50,632 nucleotides of DNA, from the NCBI RefSeq assembly GCF_001194135.2, contig NC_068985.1, positions 120,308,385 through 120,359,016 of the forward strand. Reading direction: 5' to 3'. Below, one piece after another: positions 1 through 12,769 of this stretch; position 1 is the stretch's first letter, and each line of letters begins with the position of its first letter. Below the pieces are notes generated by a model. It was not told the origin of the DNA, made no database searches, and was given only the letters and a program-made list of their open reading frames with translations. Source of the stretch: Octopus bimaculoides. Taxonomy: Eukaryota. The translations under genes and the position numbers were made by a program.

Positions 1-73
<73 letters not shown>

Positions 74-94
74 CAAACAGACAGACAGACAGAC

Positions 95-145
<51 letters not shown>

Positions 146-190
146 CAAACAGACAGACAGACAGACAGATAGATTGATAGATCGATAGAC
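1..190. repeat. (GATA)n/(GACA)n tetranucleotide microsatellite
   Basis: Direct tandem GATA/GACA units. Similar arrays at about 5708-5810, 21511-21558 and 39255-39308. Confidence 0.98.
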
Positions 191-666
191 AATATGGTAG
201 ATAGTTTGTTATTAGCATATAAACAAAATAGCCGCATGACAAGGAAATGAATTCGAAACGGCAAAAGGTAATATTAATATTATCTAATTCTGGGTTACCA
301 CATCAAACATATATAAGTTTGTTGACCCGCTTCTTCCGTTATTGATTTCTGTGTGCAACACTCAATTACAAATTAAACCAAACTATGTCCTTTTCATCAT
401 CTGTCTTTATCTATATCGCTCACATCATCAAACTCCGCCTCACAAGTATTATCTCACTGGTTGCTATGGCAATTTTTTGTGTTTGTATGTTGTTTTTCAA
501 ACAGTTTTTAAGTTTAGTTGAATATATATATATATATATNNNNNNNNNNATATGTGTATATATATATGTATGTATGTATGTATATATATATATATATGTT
601 TGTGTGTGTGTACTTATATATGTACATATAGTTAACTAAAGATAGATAGAATAAAATGTACTGTAA

Positions 667-883
667 GTGTGCTGCAAAGTTCCTGGCTTTCGGTAAAAGA
701 AAATGAAAGAGGATCAGTTAATTATGATTTCACTCAACATCATCCCCTCTCAGATTCACACACGCACTTATTGCATCGTTTCTTCAGTTTTTCTAAGCCC
801 TGTGAAAGAACTCGGAAGTTTGGGCCTCCAACCAAGCGTTTTGCGATAACCTTAAAGGCAGGAACTGTTCAGCACCCTCTCGT
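667..883. mobile_element. Mariner-like non-autonomous MITE
   Basis: Left end gtgtgctgcaaagttcctggcttt (667-690) matches the reverse complement of the right end (854-883, read as acgagagggtgctgaacagttcctgccttt), about 20/24 identical over the shared part. Non-coding interior of about 160 bp. The end sequence resembles mariner CGAGGG-type TIRs. Confidence 0.7.
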
Positions 884-2187
884 TTATGCATGCTTACAAA
901 CAAACACACACATCCATATATACATACAGATATACACGCACACATACACATACACATATATATAGATATATATATAGATATATATATACATGCATATACA
1001 CAAACATACGTTTATAGACTTCCATGTATACACAGACACTCACACATACATATATATGTATGCATAATGGTCTATATGTGTTTTATATGTATATGTTTAA
1101 AGTGTGTTTCAGGGCGTTTCGTGTTCGCAAACATCTGTCTTTCGATGATATTATTGATTAAGACATTGATCGATTAAATGACATCATACGGCTATTACTG
1201 TTTATTCTATCTATCAAAATTGACTGAAATGCGTCAGGAATCACAACGAGTCAACTAAATATTGTGGCCAGATCAATAGATACGCTTAGAGATAAATAAA
1301 TGGTCAGTTAGTTAGATACGGTATGTTTAAAAAATTTGCGTAGATGAATGTATATGTGCGTGTACAGAAACTGAGCTCTATGTTCCAATTTCTTAGAAAT
1401 TTTAAGGCTATTGGAAGACTGCTGTAAATCAAGCTGAAAGTGCCTTAGCCAATGTACCGTGTTTGGCAAATGACCAGAGGTTAATTAGGTAAACCAATTT
1501 TTAAATTGGCGAAGCGAAGGGATTCGGTAGAAGAAAAATGGGCAAAAAGGAAGTAGAATTTGAATGCATAATCATACAGATGAAATGACAAATGTACATA
1601 TACAAACGAACGGGTAAAGATGTATAGCTGTAGTTACTATTATTACAAGGCGCAACGAATGACTCACTAACTAGTGTACATATTAAACTACTACATCAAT
1701 AATCGAGCACACACCCGTACGTACATGCACACATTCATACACAAAGACACACATGCACACGCGTACACACACACACACACACGCGCGCGTACACAGACAC
1801 ACACACACACACATACACATAACGTGGCTGTGAAAGATAACGAAGTAGAAACTTTGTCTATTTCTTTCAATCGTCCAACTATGGATCGATTGATTAATAC
1901 GCTTGAACTATGTAATTAGACCTCTCCAGTGTTTATTGGAAAGCCTTTATACATAAGCCTTAAATAGATGTACAAAAATCATTATCTGCGTGTATTTTCT
2001 ATATTGCGTTGTAGCAACATACCTACTCCACTTGGTAACGATACTAAGGATACACTAGTTTGACTGGTGACTGTTTGTTGAGTTCAGATTACGTAGAGGA
2101 AATATTTCGTAGCCTAGTATAAGTAAGGAGAGCATATGAAAGCTCTTGCCTGGATTATCAAACTCTTCATATATAAATGTGTGTGTT

Positions 2188-2220
<33 letters not shown>

Positions 2221-2330
2221 NNNNNNNNNNNNNNNNNNNNNNNNNATGTATGTATATACACACACGCACACACACACAAACATACACACACACACACAGA
2301 CACACTCTTACATATATATATATATATATA

Positions 2331-3560
2331 CAGAGGTTGGACAAAATAATGGAAACACCTAGCATTCATAATTTTGAAACATCTATAAAACCGTCAAAAA
2401 CTTGTTTATTTTTATGGTTTTTCATTTATTATTAGTGTTGCGCAATATGTTATTCTAAAATTGTTGTTTCTTTTCAGATATCATCAGGAAAAGGTAATTA
2501 AAATTCATTAAAATGACAGATTTATCGGATATCCAAAGAGGTCATATAGCAGGCGCTAGTGCAACGAAAACAGACGAAATGTTTGGTGTATCAAGAAGTA
2601 CTGTCTTGAAAGTAATGACAGCTTTTGAAAAAGAAGGAAAAACCTCCTCGGCAAAACAAAACTCCGGAAGAAAACCAAAACTTTCAGTTAGGGACCGACA
2701 GACTCTTACGCGAATTGTTACAAAGGAACACAAAAGTGCAGCTCCCAAAATTACTGCAGAGCTTAATGACCACCTCGAGAACCCAGTTTCCACAAAAACT
2801 GTTCGCTGTGAGCTGCACAAAGCTGGATTTTACGGCAGGGCTGCAATCAAAAAACTACTAATTTCAAAAAACCGTTTAGAGTGGAGTAAAAAACCTACAG
2901 AATTGATCCCTAAAGCAGTGGAAGAATGTTATTTTTTAGACGAGTCATCCTTTACCTTATTTCTAACCACCGGCCGAGTATGCGTGCGGAGACAGCCAAA
3001 AGAAGCATTTGACCCAGACTGCCTTCTTCCAAGCGTTGAATATGGAGGAGGATCTGTGATGATCTAGGGGGATATATCTTGGAAATCCACCGGTTTCTCC
3101 TCATGGCAGAGTAAATAGTCAAGACTACTTAAGCATTTTATCTGATCAAATTAATCCTATGGTTGCGGAACTGTTTCCGGGGGGAAACGCAATCTTTCAG
3201 GATGATAATGCAGCAATTCATACAGCTAAAGTTGTTACTCAATGGCACGAGGAACATTGTAGTGAAGTTGAACATCTTATCTGGCCACCACAGTACCCAC
3301 ATCTCAATATTATTGAACATTTATGATGCATTTTAGAAAAAATGTAAGAAGTCGATATCCCCCACCATCATCCCTACAAGAACTGGAGACTGTTTTAGCT
3401 GAAGAATGGACAAAAATTCCTTTGTAAACAATTCAAGCTTTGTACGAGTCCACACCTCGAAGAATTCAAACTGTAATTACTGCCAAAGGCGGTCCTACTC
3501 CATACTAAAATTAATTTGTTTGAAATTTGAAGGTATTTCCATTATTTTGTCCAACACCTG
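2331..3560 (+). mobile_element. Full-length Tc1-like DNA transposon (DD36E spacing), 1230 bp
   Basis: 30-bp TIRs: cagaggttggacaaaataatggaaacacct (2331-2360) versus the reverse complement of 3531-3560, caggtgttggacaaaataatggaaatacct; 27/30 identical. TA on both sides (2329-2330, 3561-3562). Contains a transposase pseudogene. Confidence 0.95.
2513..3508 (+). pseudogene. Tc1-family DDE transposase, disrupted
   Basis: HTH region with SGRKPKLS motif; DESSF (first D at 2939); GGGSVMI followed by TAG replacing the Trp codon at 3065; FQDDNAAIH (second D at 3204); WPPQYPHLNIIE (E at 3315); C-terminal AKGGPTPY-stop ending at 3508. Carries frameshifts and in-frame stops. Confidence 0.93.
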
Positions 3561-3585
3561 TACACACACATACACACACACACAT

Positions 3586-3635
<50 letters not shown>

Positions 3636-3803
3636 NNNNNNNNNNNNNNNNNNNNNNNNNNNNNNNNNNNNNNNNNNNNNNNNNNNNNNNNNNNNNNNNN
3701 NNNNNNNNNNNNNNNNNNNNNNNNNNNNNNNNNNNNNNNNNNNNNNNNNNNNNNNNNNNNNNNNNNNNNNNNNNNNNNNNNNNNNNNNTACACACACACA
3801 CAT

Positions 3804-3848
<45 letters not shown>

Positions 3849-4813
3849 CATATGTCAGGGGTGCACAAATATATATAAAGTATTTACATTTGATTACGTA
3901 AACTAATAGGTATGTAATATAAGTGTTGAATTTGGTTTGCCACTAAAACTCTGGTTTGAAGTGCAATTCAGAAAAGGTAGTATTGAAGTTACATCTCAAA
4001 GATGGCAAGTAGAGGTTCATCGTTGACTGGGTAGGTATATATTAAAAACAGAGAATGAACAAACAAAACATGTGCTATCACTTTAGAACATGTAATTTAT
4101 AATTTAAGCAGCGCATGAAGTAGTTATAACAAATAGGTAAAGTCTCTTGCAGCTGTTTCTAGAATAGCTAAGCACGTAAATCTTATATCATTGAGTATAG
4201 ATTCACATGCTGGCTAGGTATTCTGTCATCGGAGACTGAGTAATAAGGAATATGCTTAACCCTGGCTATTATTAGTTACCAGATGATTGAAGGATTAAGA
4301 AGCGTCCAATGTAAATGACGATATTGGTTAGTAGATTCACTAACCTAATCAAAAGATTGAGGAGATCCATAGCAAAAGATAGTGTCAGTTAACAGATCGA
4401 TTGTTGAAGTATCACAGAATATCCATGGAAAGAGATGATCGAAGTCGCTACTTCCATCGTTGAAAATAATATGAGGTAGACATGAGTAGAAGGTTTTCCT
4501 ATAGTATATGATGATATGAAAGAGAGACAGAGTAGTAAATGCATGAGGTTAAATAGAGACTACATGTATGTATAGATACGTTGTATATCTACACACACAC
4601 ACGCACACACATATATATATATATATGTGTGTGTGTGTGCGTGTGCGTGTGTGTGTGTTGCGTGTGTTCATGGGCATGTGTATACAACCTGAGTTTAGAT
4701 ATTATATGCTTGATTGGTCGTGGGAGTGTGCATGATGGCATGTGGTGTTTGTACTGAGTTAAACAGTGTGTGTGGCTTCTTATATCGTGGTATGTGTGGT
4801 GAGCACACACGCG

Positions 4814-4850
<37 letters not shown>

Positions 4851-4870
4851 GTACATACATACAAACATAC

Positions 4871-4949
<79 letters not shown>

Positions 4950-5707
4950 NNNNNNNNNNNNNNNNNNNNNNNNNNNNNNNNNNNNNNNNNNNNNNNNNNN
5001 NNNNNNNNNNNNNNNNNNNNNNNNNNNNNNNNNNNNNNNNNNNNNNNNNNNNNNNNNNNNNNNNNNNNNNNNNNNNNNNNNNNNNNNNNNNNNNNNNNNN
5101 NNNNNNNNNNNNNNNNNNNNNNNNNNNNNNNNNNNNNNNNNNNNNNNNNNNNNNNNNNNNNNNNNNNNNNNNNNNNNNNNNNNNNNNNNNNNNNNNNNNN
5201 NNNNNNNNNNNNNNNNNNNNNNNNNNNNNNNNNNNNNNNNNNNNNNNNNNNNNNNNNNNNNNNNNNNNNNNNNNNNNNNNNNNNNNNNNNNNNNNNNNNN
5301 NNNNNNNNNNNNNNNNNNNNNNNNNNNNNNNNNNNNNNNNNNNNNNNNNNNNNNNNNNNNNNNNNNNNNNNNNNNNNNNNNNNNNNNNNNNNNNNNNNNN
5401 NNNNNNNNNNNNNNNNNNNNNNNNNNNNNNNNNNNNNNNNNNNNNNNNNNNNNNNNNNNNNNNNNNNNNNNNNNNNNNNNNNNNNNNNNNNNNNNNNNNN
5501 NNNNNNNNNNNNNNNNNNNNNNNNNNNNNNNNNNNNNNNNNNNNNNNNNNNNNNNNNNNNNNNNNNNNNNNNNNNNNNNNNNNNNNNNNNNNNNNNNNNN
5601 NNNNNNNNNNNNNNNNNNNTATATATATATGTATATGTTAATATGTTCATTATATTATATCATATATATTTCTATATGACAACTGAGAGAGAGAAAGAGA
5701 GAGGGGG

Positions 5708-5777
<70 letters not shown>

Positions 5778-6334
5778 TTAGACAGACAGACAGACACATA
5801 GACAGACTGATTGATTGTTTGTTTGATATATTATCACCACTGACCTCATTCACCTTACCCTGTTTACTTCCTCCAGTTACAACTCTATAACCATCTCAAC
5901 ATTATTAGGAGAAGTCTTAACGTAGAACACCTTGTTTTCTTCTTCCAAGTGTTATCGATGAAATCCTGGTAATATAACGGCTTGTATAGTAAACAAATTT
6001 TACACCTTAAACCACCCAGACAAGCATGAATATATACCTCAATCAGGTTTTTCAGACACCACATTCTGCTACGTGCTCATAGTTATTCACATCAGCTTGG
6101 GAAACATATACCCAGCATCCGTGAGATCATGGAGTAATTAATATGTCAAACAAATTCGTTCATCAATGAAAAATTCAAAACAAAATTTCAATAGAAAAAA
6201 AAATACTATTTACTACAAAACTGAATCACGTGTTCTAGATTTCATCAAATCCACAGTTTTCAGCAGAAGTCTTGCATGGCAATAATTGAAGACGCTCCTA
6301 AAAACACAATATACGAGACCCATGAAATAGGACT

Positions 6335-6445
6335 CAACCTTATCTAATTACAAACCAGGAAAAGTCGACCTCAGATCGTAATGACGGACGAGAAGCCGCT
6401 AAAGATTTTGCCCATCGTGCTAACGATTCTGCCAGCCTACCGGTT
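6335..6445 (-). mobile_element. Degenerate tRNA-head SINE (family A)
   Basis: Blocks aaagtcgacctc and ttttgcccatcgtgctaacgattctgccagc match the reverse complement of the family A copy at 45792. Confidence 0.55.
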
Positions 6446-6512
6446 TAATAATTGTAATGATGATGATGATGATGTTGATGGTGATGATGATGATGATGAT
6501 GATGATGCACTT

Positions 6513-7013
6513 TCATGGCTTCTGATCTTAAATGATTGGAACTGTTAACCCGTGCATGTTTTGTCTTGGTGTAAAACAACGATGGACTACAGCAAATGTT
6601 CTGCTCAATATCACAGATTTACTTGTCAGTTGCTTGGATTTAACCACTAGAGCATGTGCCTTAGTGGCTGACGATATGTGCACCTCTGATCAGGAAAAGA
6701 AGTAGTAGGGGAGCACCATAGCCATGCGTTGAGAGGAATTCTTTGGGGATTGAATAATTCAGCACTGAAAATATGTGTGTTTCCTGCATCATCTTTAAAT
6801 AACCTTTATTCAGGGACCGTTTGAGGTGGATGAGCTCCTCAACGTGACGAAAATTCTAACTGGATCCCATCTGCAAGGTCATACGCTGTTTATTCTGATA
6901 TACGTTCACCATGTCACACACATATGATTGTGAAGCATGTGCCTGGTGTACCCTTATCAGGTTTCGTATATTTGTACCGCAGCGCCACTTTGATGGCATT
7001 TGCTGTTCAATGA
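6513..7013 (+). mobile_element. About 500-bp interspersed repeat (family D, probable RLE-LINE 3' UTR) ending in (AAT)n
   Basis: Colinear with 34475-35026 (catggcttctgatctta ... tggtgtacccttatcag ... actttgatggc). Preceded by (GAT)n and followed by (AAT)n. Confidence 0.85.
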
Positions 7014-7077
7014 CTTAATAATAAAAATAATAATAATAATAATGATAATAATAAGGATAACAATAATAATAATAATG

Positions 7078-7136
<59 letters not shown>

Positions 7137-7159
7137 TATTATTATTATTNNNNNNNNNN

Positions 7160-7191
<32 letters not shown>

Positions 7192-7194
<3 letters not shown>

Positions 7195-7476
7195 GGGTGA
7201 GAGAGCAGTGCATGCCATCAAAGTGACACTGGGGTAAAATATACGAAACCCAGCATGCCCATCATGACGTTCGCCCACTACTTCTGTTCGTGATCAGAGA
7301 TGCATATATTGTCAGCCACTAAAAGACATGCTCAATTGGGTAAGGTCAAACCAGGTAATCTGTGGTATTGAGCAGAATATTTGCTGTAGCCCATCTTTTA
7401 TACCAAGACAAAACAATGTACATGATAGCATTTCCAATCAATTAAGAAGCCAAGAGAGCCACTGCTTGGTACTTAT
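7192..7476 (-). mobile_element. Family D repeat, internally deleted, inverted relative to 6513-7013
   Basis: Reverse-complement match to both ends of the family D unit, with the middle deleted near 7270. Bounded by (ATT)n on both sides. Confidence 0.85.
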
Positions 7477-7482
7477 TATTAA

Positions 7483-7524
<42 letters not shown>

Positions 7525-7539
7525 CATTATTATTATTAC

Positions 7540-7593
<54 letters not shown>

Positions 7594-7598
7594 CATCA

Positions 7599-7662
<64 letters not shown>

Positions 7663-7886
7663 NNNNNNNNNNNNNNNNNNNNNNNNNNNNNNNNNNNNNN
7701 NNNNNNNNNNNNNNNNNNNNNNNNNNNNNNNNNNNNNNNNNNNNNNNNNNNNNNNNNNNNNNNNNNNNNNNNNNNNNNNNNNNNNNNNNNNNNNNNNNNN
7801 NNNNNNNNNNNNNNNNNNNNNNNNNNNNNNNNNNNNNNNNNNNNNNNNNNNNNNNNNNNNNNNNNNNNNNNNNNNNNNNNNNNNNN

Positions 7887-7955
7887 GGGGTCTATCTAAT
7901 CGACTAGTCCCCCCCCCCTACAAATTTCAAGCTTTGTGCCTATAGTAGAAAAGAT
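7887..7955 (+). mobile_element. SINE family A 3' tail (5' part lost in the gap)
   Basis: ggggtctatctaatcgactagtccccc...aaatttcaagctttgtgcctatagtagaaagatta matches the tails at 29980-30022 and 40280-40321. Confidence 0.7.
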
Positions 7956-7994
<39 letters not shown>

Positions 7995-10755
7995 GTAGTG
8001 GGAACATATATGTAATGGAACGGCAGATAGTTCTTTATTGGTGCTAGTCAGCTCCCGGTCATGGACCGACAGGAATTAGTGAGTAAATGTCATTCATCGT
8101 TGACCTTCTTTGATCATTCAGGTTCATACCGGTCCGGGTTATGATGACAGCTGTAATTTTCATACACATTAATATCACAGGAATCAATTTCTCTTAAATT
8201 CCATAAACTAATCACAATCTAACTTTGTTTCTCACACTATCTTTTTTTTATTATTTCTGTCTACATTATTAACTTCGAATTCTACACTCACCCTTCTCAC
8301 AATATACACACACATACATACATACATACATACATACATACATACATACAAACACACACACACACACAGGCACACATATATATTCTTATATAGTGAATTC
8401 ACACTCTATTATTGTCTATTACTGATATTTCTTCACTCATATATTACATGTTATTGTTATCTTCTTGTCACATTATTTATATCACATAAATTTACTTTTC
8501 TCGGCAGCTGAAGACGATTAGTTTTAATATAGCTACCACGGTGTACCATAACAACAGAAGGCGATAATTTCGGTTTCACTACTACGGTATACCAGAAGAG
8601 CTGCAAGCAATAAATTTTGTCTCGCTGCTACAGGGTAATACTGAAATCATTAGGTTTTCATATGGAAGCATCACCACAGATTTCAATGGATTTTCCTTAC
8701 GTTCAGCATTAAAGCACTGTTGTTTTCAAGTACTATCATGTCCAATGTCCCTCGAGCAAGACTCACTGTTTCTTTCGGAACCGTTATCGATCTTTTGTGG
8801 AGGAAACGCCAATCCAATGAGATTTTTTAAGTATTCATTTAATAAAGGATTTCTTTTGGGAATATACGTTGTAACAAAGAGGTCAAATGTACCATGAAAA
8901 GTTGTCTTTGAAGAGCAGACTGAGAATAACAGTAATATAAGCTCTGACTTCTGTTAAATACTTTAAATAAGGGTGCACAATGTGGGTTAGTTCAGCAAAA
9001 CCGAAAATGATAGACAGGCAGAGATTACAAATGGTTTATCCTCGTATCTTAACGTCATCTGTTGGAACTATTCTATGGATTGTCAGTTGGATCACAATTC
9101 TATGGTTTTTCTATGGCTCACAATGACAGAGATTTATTTTTGTTTTGTTGGTTTACTTTTTCAGTATCAAAATAACTCAGAACACATACAACCGAATCAA
9201 ACACAAACAATTCCCTAGTTATTCATCCAAACTAGCGCCAAGAAATGGTTCATTTGACGACCCAGGAAGAGTTTTAAAATCCTCAGTAGAATTCAAGCTC
9301 AGGTCTCAGAGTAAAACAAGAACCGATTCTGTTCTGTGTTCTAATTTCGTGACCAATTCATCAGCTGAACCGGGATCTGGTTTGTTACTAAATGTCCTGC
9401 CCTTAACTTTAGTGAATCTGAGGCTTGATTTTGTCACGAAACAGTCCTATTTAATTTGTAAAATTCTTTTATTTATCCTGCCGCATTTCTGTTGTTCCAA
9501 GAACAAAATTCCGCTCATTATAGATGTGTTTCAATCAATTATGTCTTACTAGACTTCCTATTTCGTACGTTCCGATAAAAATCATTAGCTTAATATTTTA
9601 TGATATAAATCTCCAAAAACTTTTCTCTTCTTCAAACTTTATTAGTGTGTTTTTCGAAGAAGGATTAACCGTCACCAGAAAGGAAATTTTATCTGATAAC
9701 GTGGTTCCACTTATCTAATATACCAACAAAGTAATTTATCATGAATTTCATCCTACTATTTATCAAAACATAAATGCCAACCTTTAGCTCCTTGTAAATC
9801 ACCAAAGAGATTTGAAACGTTACACTCTGGATTAGACAATGAATTAATAAAATAACATCTAGAACATAATTGGCTATACTGTTCAAGATAACCTACAATA
9901 ACATTAAGAATTTGTCTAGTAGGACGTTATTCGAATATCCAATTTTTGTGTTTTAAACAGCAGAGTACCAAACCAAATTCTCTCCACAATCAACTGAGTC
10001 TATCTAGGATAAAATTTCATATCGCACAGATTTGTGGTCATTGTTATTTATTATCCATAAATTAAGTAACAATCAAACACGAGAGCCAATCGACTGAGTA
10101 TTGCAAGTCACGTTTGTAGCTATGATTTGAGTACAGTGGTCCTTAAACTGGACATAGAGTCTTCTTAGGCATCCCGATCAAAAAATAGAACGATAGATAT
10201 TAAAAGAATGCTACGTAGTGGTGGTGGTAATGGGGTTGGGTGTTTAGATAGCCTGTGACTTTATCACATAAACTATTTAAAATAATTATATTTTAAACAT
10301 GTCTTAAAGTATTTGCTAGGCTTAAAACAAGAACAATGAACAAAACATTGTATTACCTGTAAGAAGAAATATAGCCAATGACGCGTTATGGTCCAATATA
10401 ATATCATTATCTACATCCTCGTCTTCTGTAGTAATTTCCATAAAAATGTAAAACCCGAGATAATAATTCAGGCAAATATATAGAAAGCACATTTACTGGG
10501 TAAGAATAAGCATATTAATCCACCTCACAAAGCGAGTTCGAGTTTGATTGAAATAAACATATTTTTTCTTTCTGTTATCTTTTTTGTAAAACACGATGGA
10601 GGTGGGTGACGTTTTTAAAAGGCTATTATGTGGAAGGAACGCCGAATTACATAAGGTCGAGTGCCACTACGCTAATATGGAAAATAGATAATTCTATTTT
10701 TTTTTGCATCAAAATGAGGATTCAGATTTGCAAAGAACGATAACTAAAAGTAGAA

Positions 10756-10950
10756 AATAATCTTTTCTACTCTAGGCACAAAGTCCGACATTTTGGGGGA
10801 GGGGGCCAGTCGATTTGATCGACCTCGGTACGCAACTGGTACTTAATTTATCGCCGCTGAAAGGTAAAGTGGACCTCGGAGGATTTGAACTCAGAACATA
10901 AAGACAGACGAAATACCGCTAAACATTTTGCCCGGTGCGCTAACATTTCT
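10756..10950 (-). mobile_element. SINE family A, tail type 1
   Basis: Reverse strand has the gttctgagttcaaatcc B-box-like motif, the core taagtaccagttgcgtac and a cccccaaaatgtcggactttgtgcctagagtagaaaagattatt tail. Confidence 0.85.
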
Positions 10951-11200
10951 TATTTCTTTATTGCTCACAATGGGCTAAACACAGAGGGGATAAAGAAGGA
11001 CAGACAACGGAATTAATTCGATTACATCGACCCCAGTGCGTAACTTCTACTTAATTTATCGACCCCGAAAAGATAAAAGGCAAAGACAAAGGCAAAGTCA
11101 AAGTCAACCTCGACGGAATTTGAACTCAGAACGTAGCGGCAGACGAAATACTGCTAAGCATTTCGCCCGAAGTGCTAACGTTTCTGCCAGCTCAACGCCT
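10951..11200 (-). mobile_element. SINE family A, tail type 2, directly abutting the previous copy
   Basis: Near full-length reverse-complement match to 45792-46024, including the gtttagcccattgtgagcaataaagaaata tail. Confidence 0.9.
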
Positions 11201-12769
11201 TAAAAGTAGAAATTAATGAAAGTAGTCTGTTGTTGTTGTGATTCTCGTTGTTATTGTTAACAAACAGTTCTGCCATAATTGAACTGAACGCGCAGTCAGA
11301 AGCATTCTCTAGCCTTTTTGTCTTGATTTCAGGCATAGCATGTCTGCTACGACTACATTTCCAATATGTCCTACCTACTTTATGACGGTAGGGAGTGATT
11401 TGAGAGAGCATTGTTTGGTATTCTGTGAACTCCAAGGTGATTGTTCTTTTATCTTCATTTTCACTAAGGTCATTTGTATATTATATATAGAGAACTTATA
11501 TAAATTTCAAACTATATGCAGCTTAGCTGTGACAAAAATAATACTCTGAATCTCTATCACAGCGGCAACAATAAATGGCAGGATTCAGTCGCAGAAACAT
11601 TAAACTCTCGAACCAAATGCGTTTCAGTGATTTAAAGTATTTTCAACTTAAGAAAAAATGCGTTGTAGTACCTAATTACCAACTTTTCAGACTTAATTCG
11701 AATCCAGCCCTGTTGTATTTTGTCATTCCCTTTTTGGAGAGGTGGTCAATAAAATAAATACTTTTGTGGTTCTCCATCAATGTAATGGACTGTTAACGCC
11801 CACGTAATACATGAGCATGAACTGTCCTTTATAAGTAACAAATTAGTATTTAGAGAATATAATTACATTCCATTATACTCTCAGAAAAACCTTCTGCTGT
11901 CTCCACATTGTCTTACCCGGTTATTATGAATCAATTCCAAGTATTGCGCTTCACTAAAGCAATAATATCTCGTATAATAAACAAATCAATATTGTTTCAC
12001 GTAAAAACCATTGGTTTTGTAATATAGTATGTTGTGTAATTTCATATATATATAGTTTTAGTCTAGTTAATTGAAATACTAATAATACAAGCTAACGTTC
12101 ATATAAGCATATTGAAGATCAGAAGTTCACATGCTAAAGTAAATCTACTTTTAATGAGAACTCATTGTATCGAACTCTTTAAGAAATCGCTAGTATAAGA
12201 AACAAACAGAATGTATGGGATGCCAGCTGTGTTCAATGCCCCGGACGGCATTTTCTCTACTCCTTTGATCTTCGGCGACATGCATGCTTTCTTGGATAGT
12301 TGCCTTAATTCCCGATGCTGTTTATATTATTTCTTGCGGGAAAAGGCAATACCATTCACATATAGAGGTCTCTGAGACTGGTGGTAAGTGAGAAGGAATG
12401 TATCCCCAAACGGAGCACGAATGCTTGTAACTAAAAAGGATTCCACTAAAGACATTCAACGACTAGGTGGTTGTGTTAAACCAGACGACGGATTAAGTGC
12501 ACTCTCCAAGGAAATCACGGTGAGGTTTCAAATCAGGAAAAAGGATGCAAGATAATGCGCGGACAGTTCTTGAAGGTCATCTAATTTATTCCAACCCAAA
12601 TGATTGAAGGCATATTTTGTCCATAAGTACATTTGAACTGACGGGACAAGGAATTATCATGAAGAAGCCCACCGGACGCTCTAACGATTCAGCTTTTTGA
12701 CCGCTTCTAGAATGATAATTTTATTATCACTCACTGAAGGATCAAAATCAATGTTGACGTCAGAGGGAC

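Noticed and set aside
2461-2500. 16-nt exon-like unit (ttttcag|atatcatcaggaaaag|gtaatt)
   Set aside because: It lies inside the transposon 5' region, is not a multiple of 3, and gives no evidence of host use.
4589-4660. (CA)n-(TA)n-(TG)n palindromes
   Set aside because: A common by-product of adjacent dinucleotide arrays, repeated throughout the window.
8505-8560. CUGAAGA box suggesting a hammerhead (similar case at 48757-48790)
   Set aside because: No correctly placed GAAA box or stem I/III.
9145-9552. 135-aa ORF after a strong pyrimidine tract and CAG at 9164
   Set aside because: No recognisable domain and no convincing donor site. The surrounding minus strand looks like decayed, unidentifiable coding sequence.
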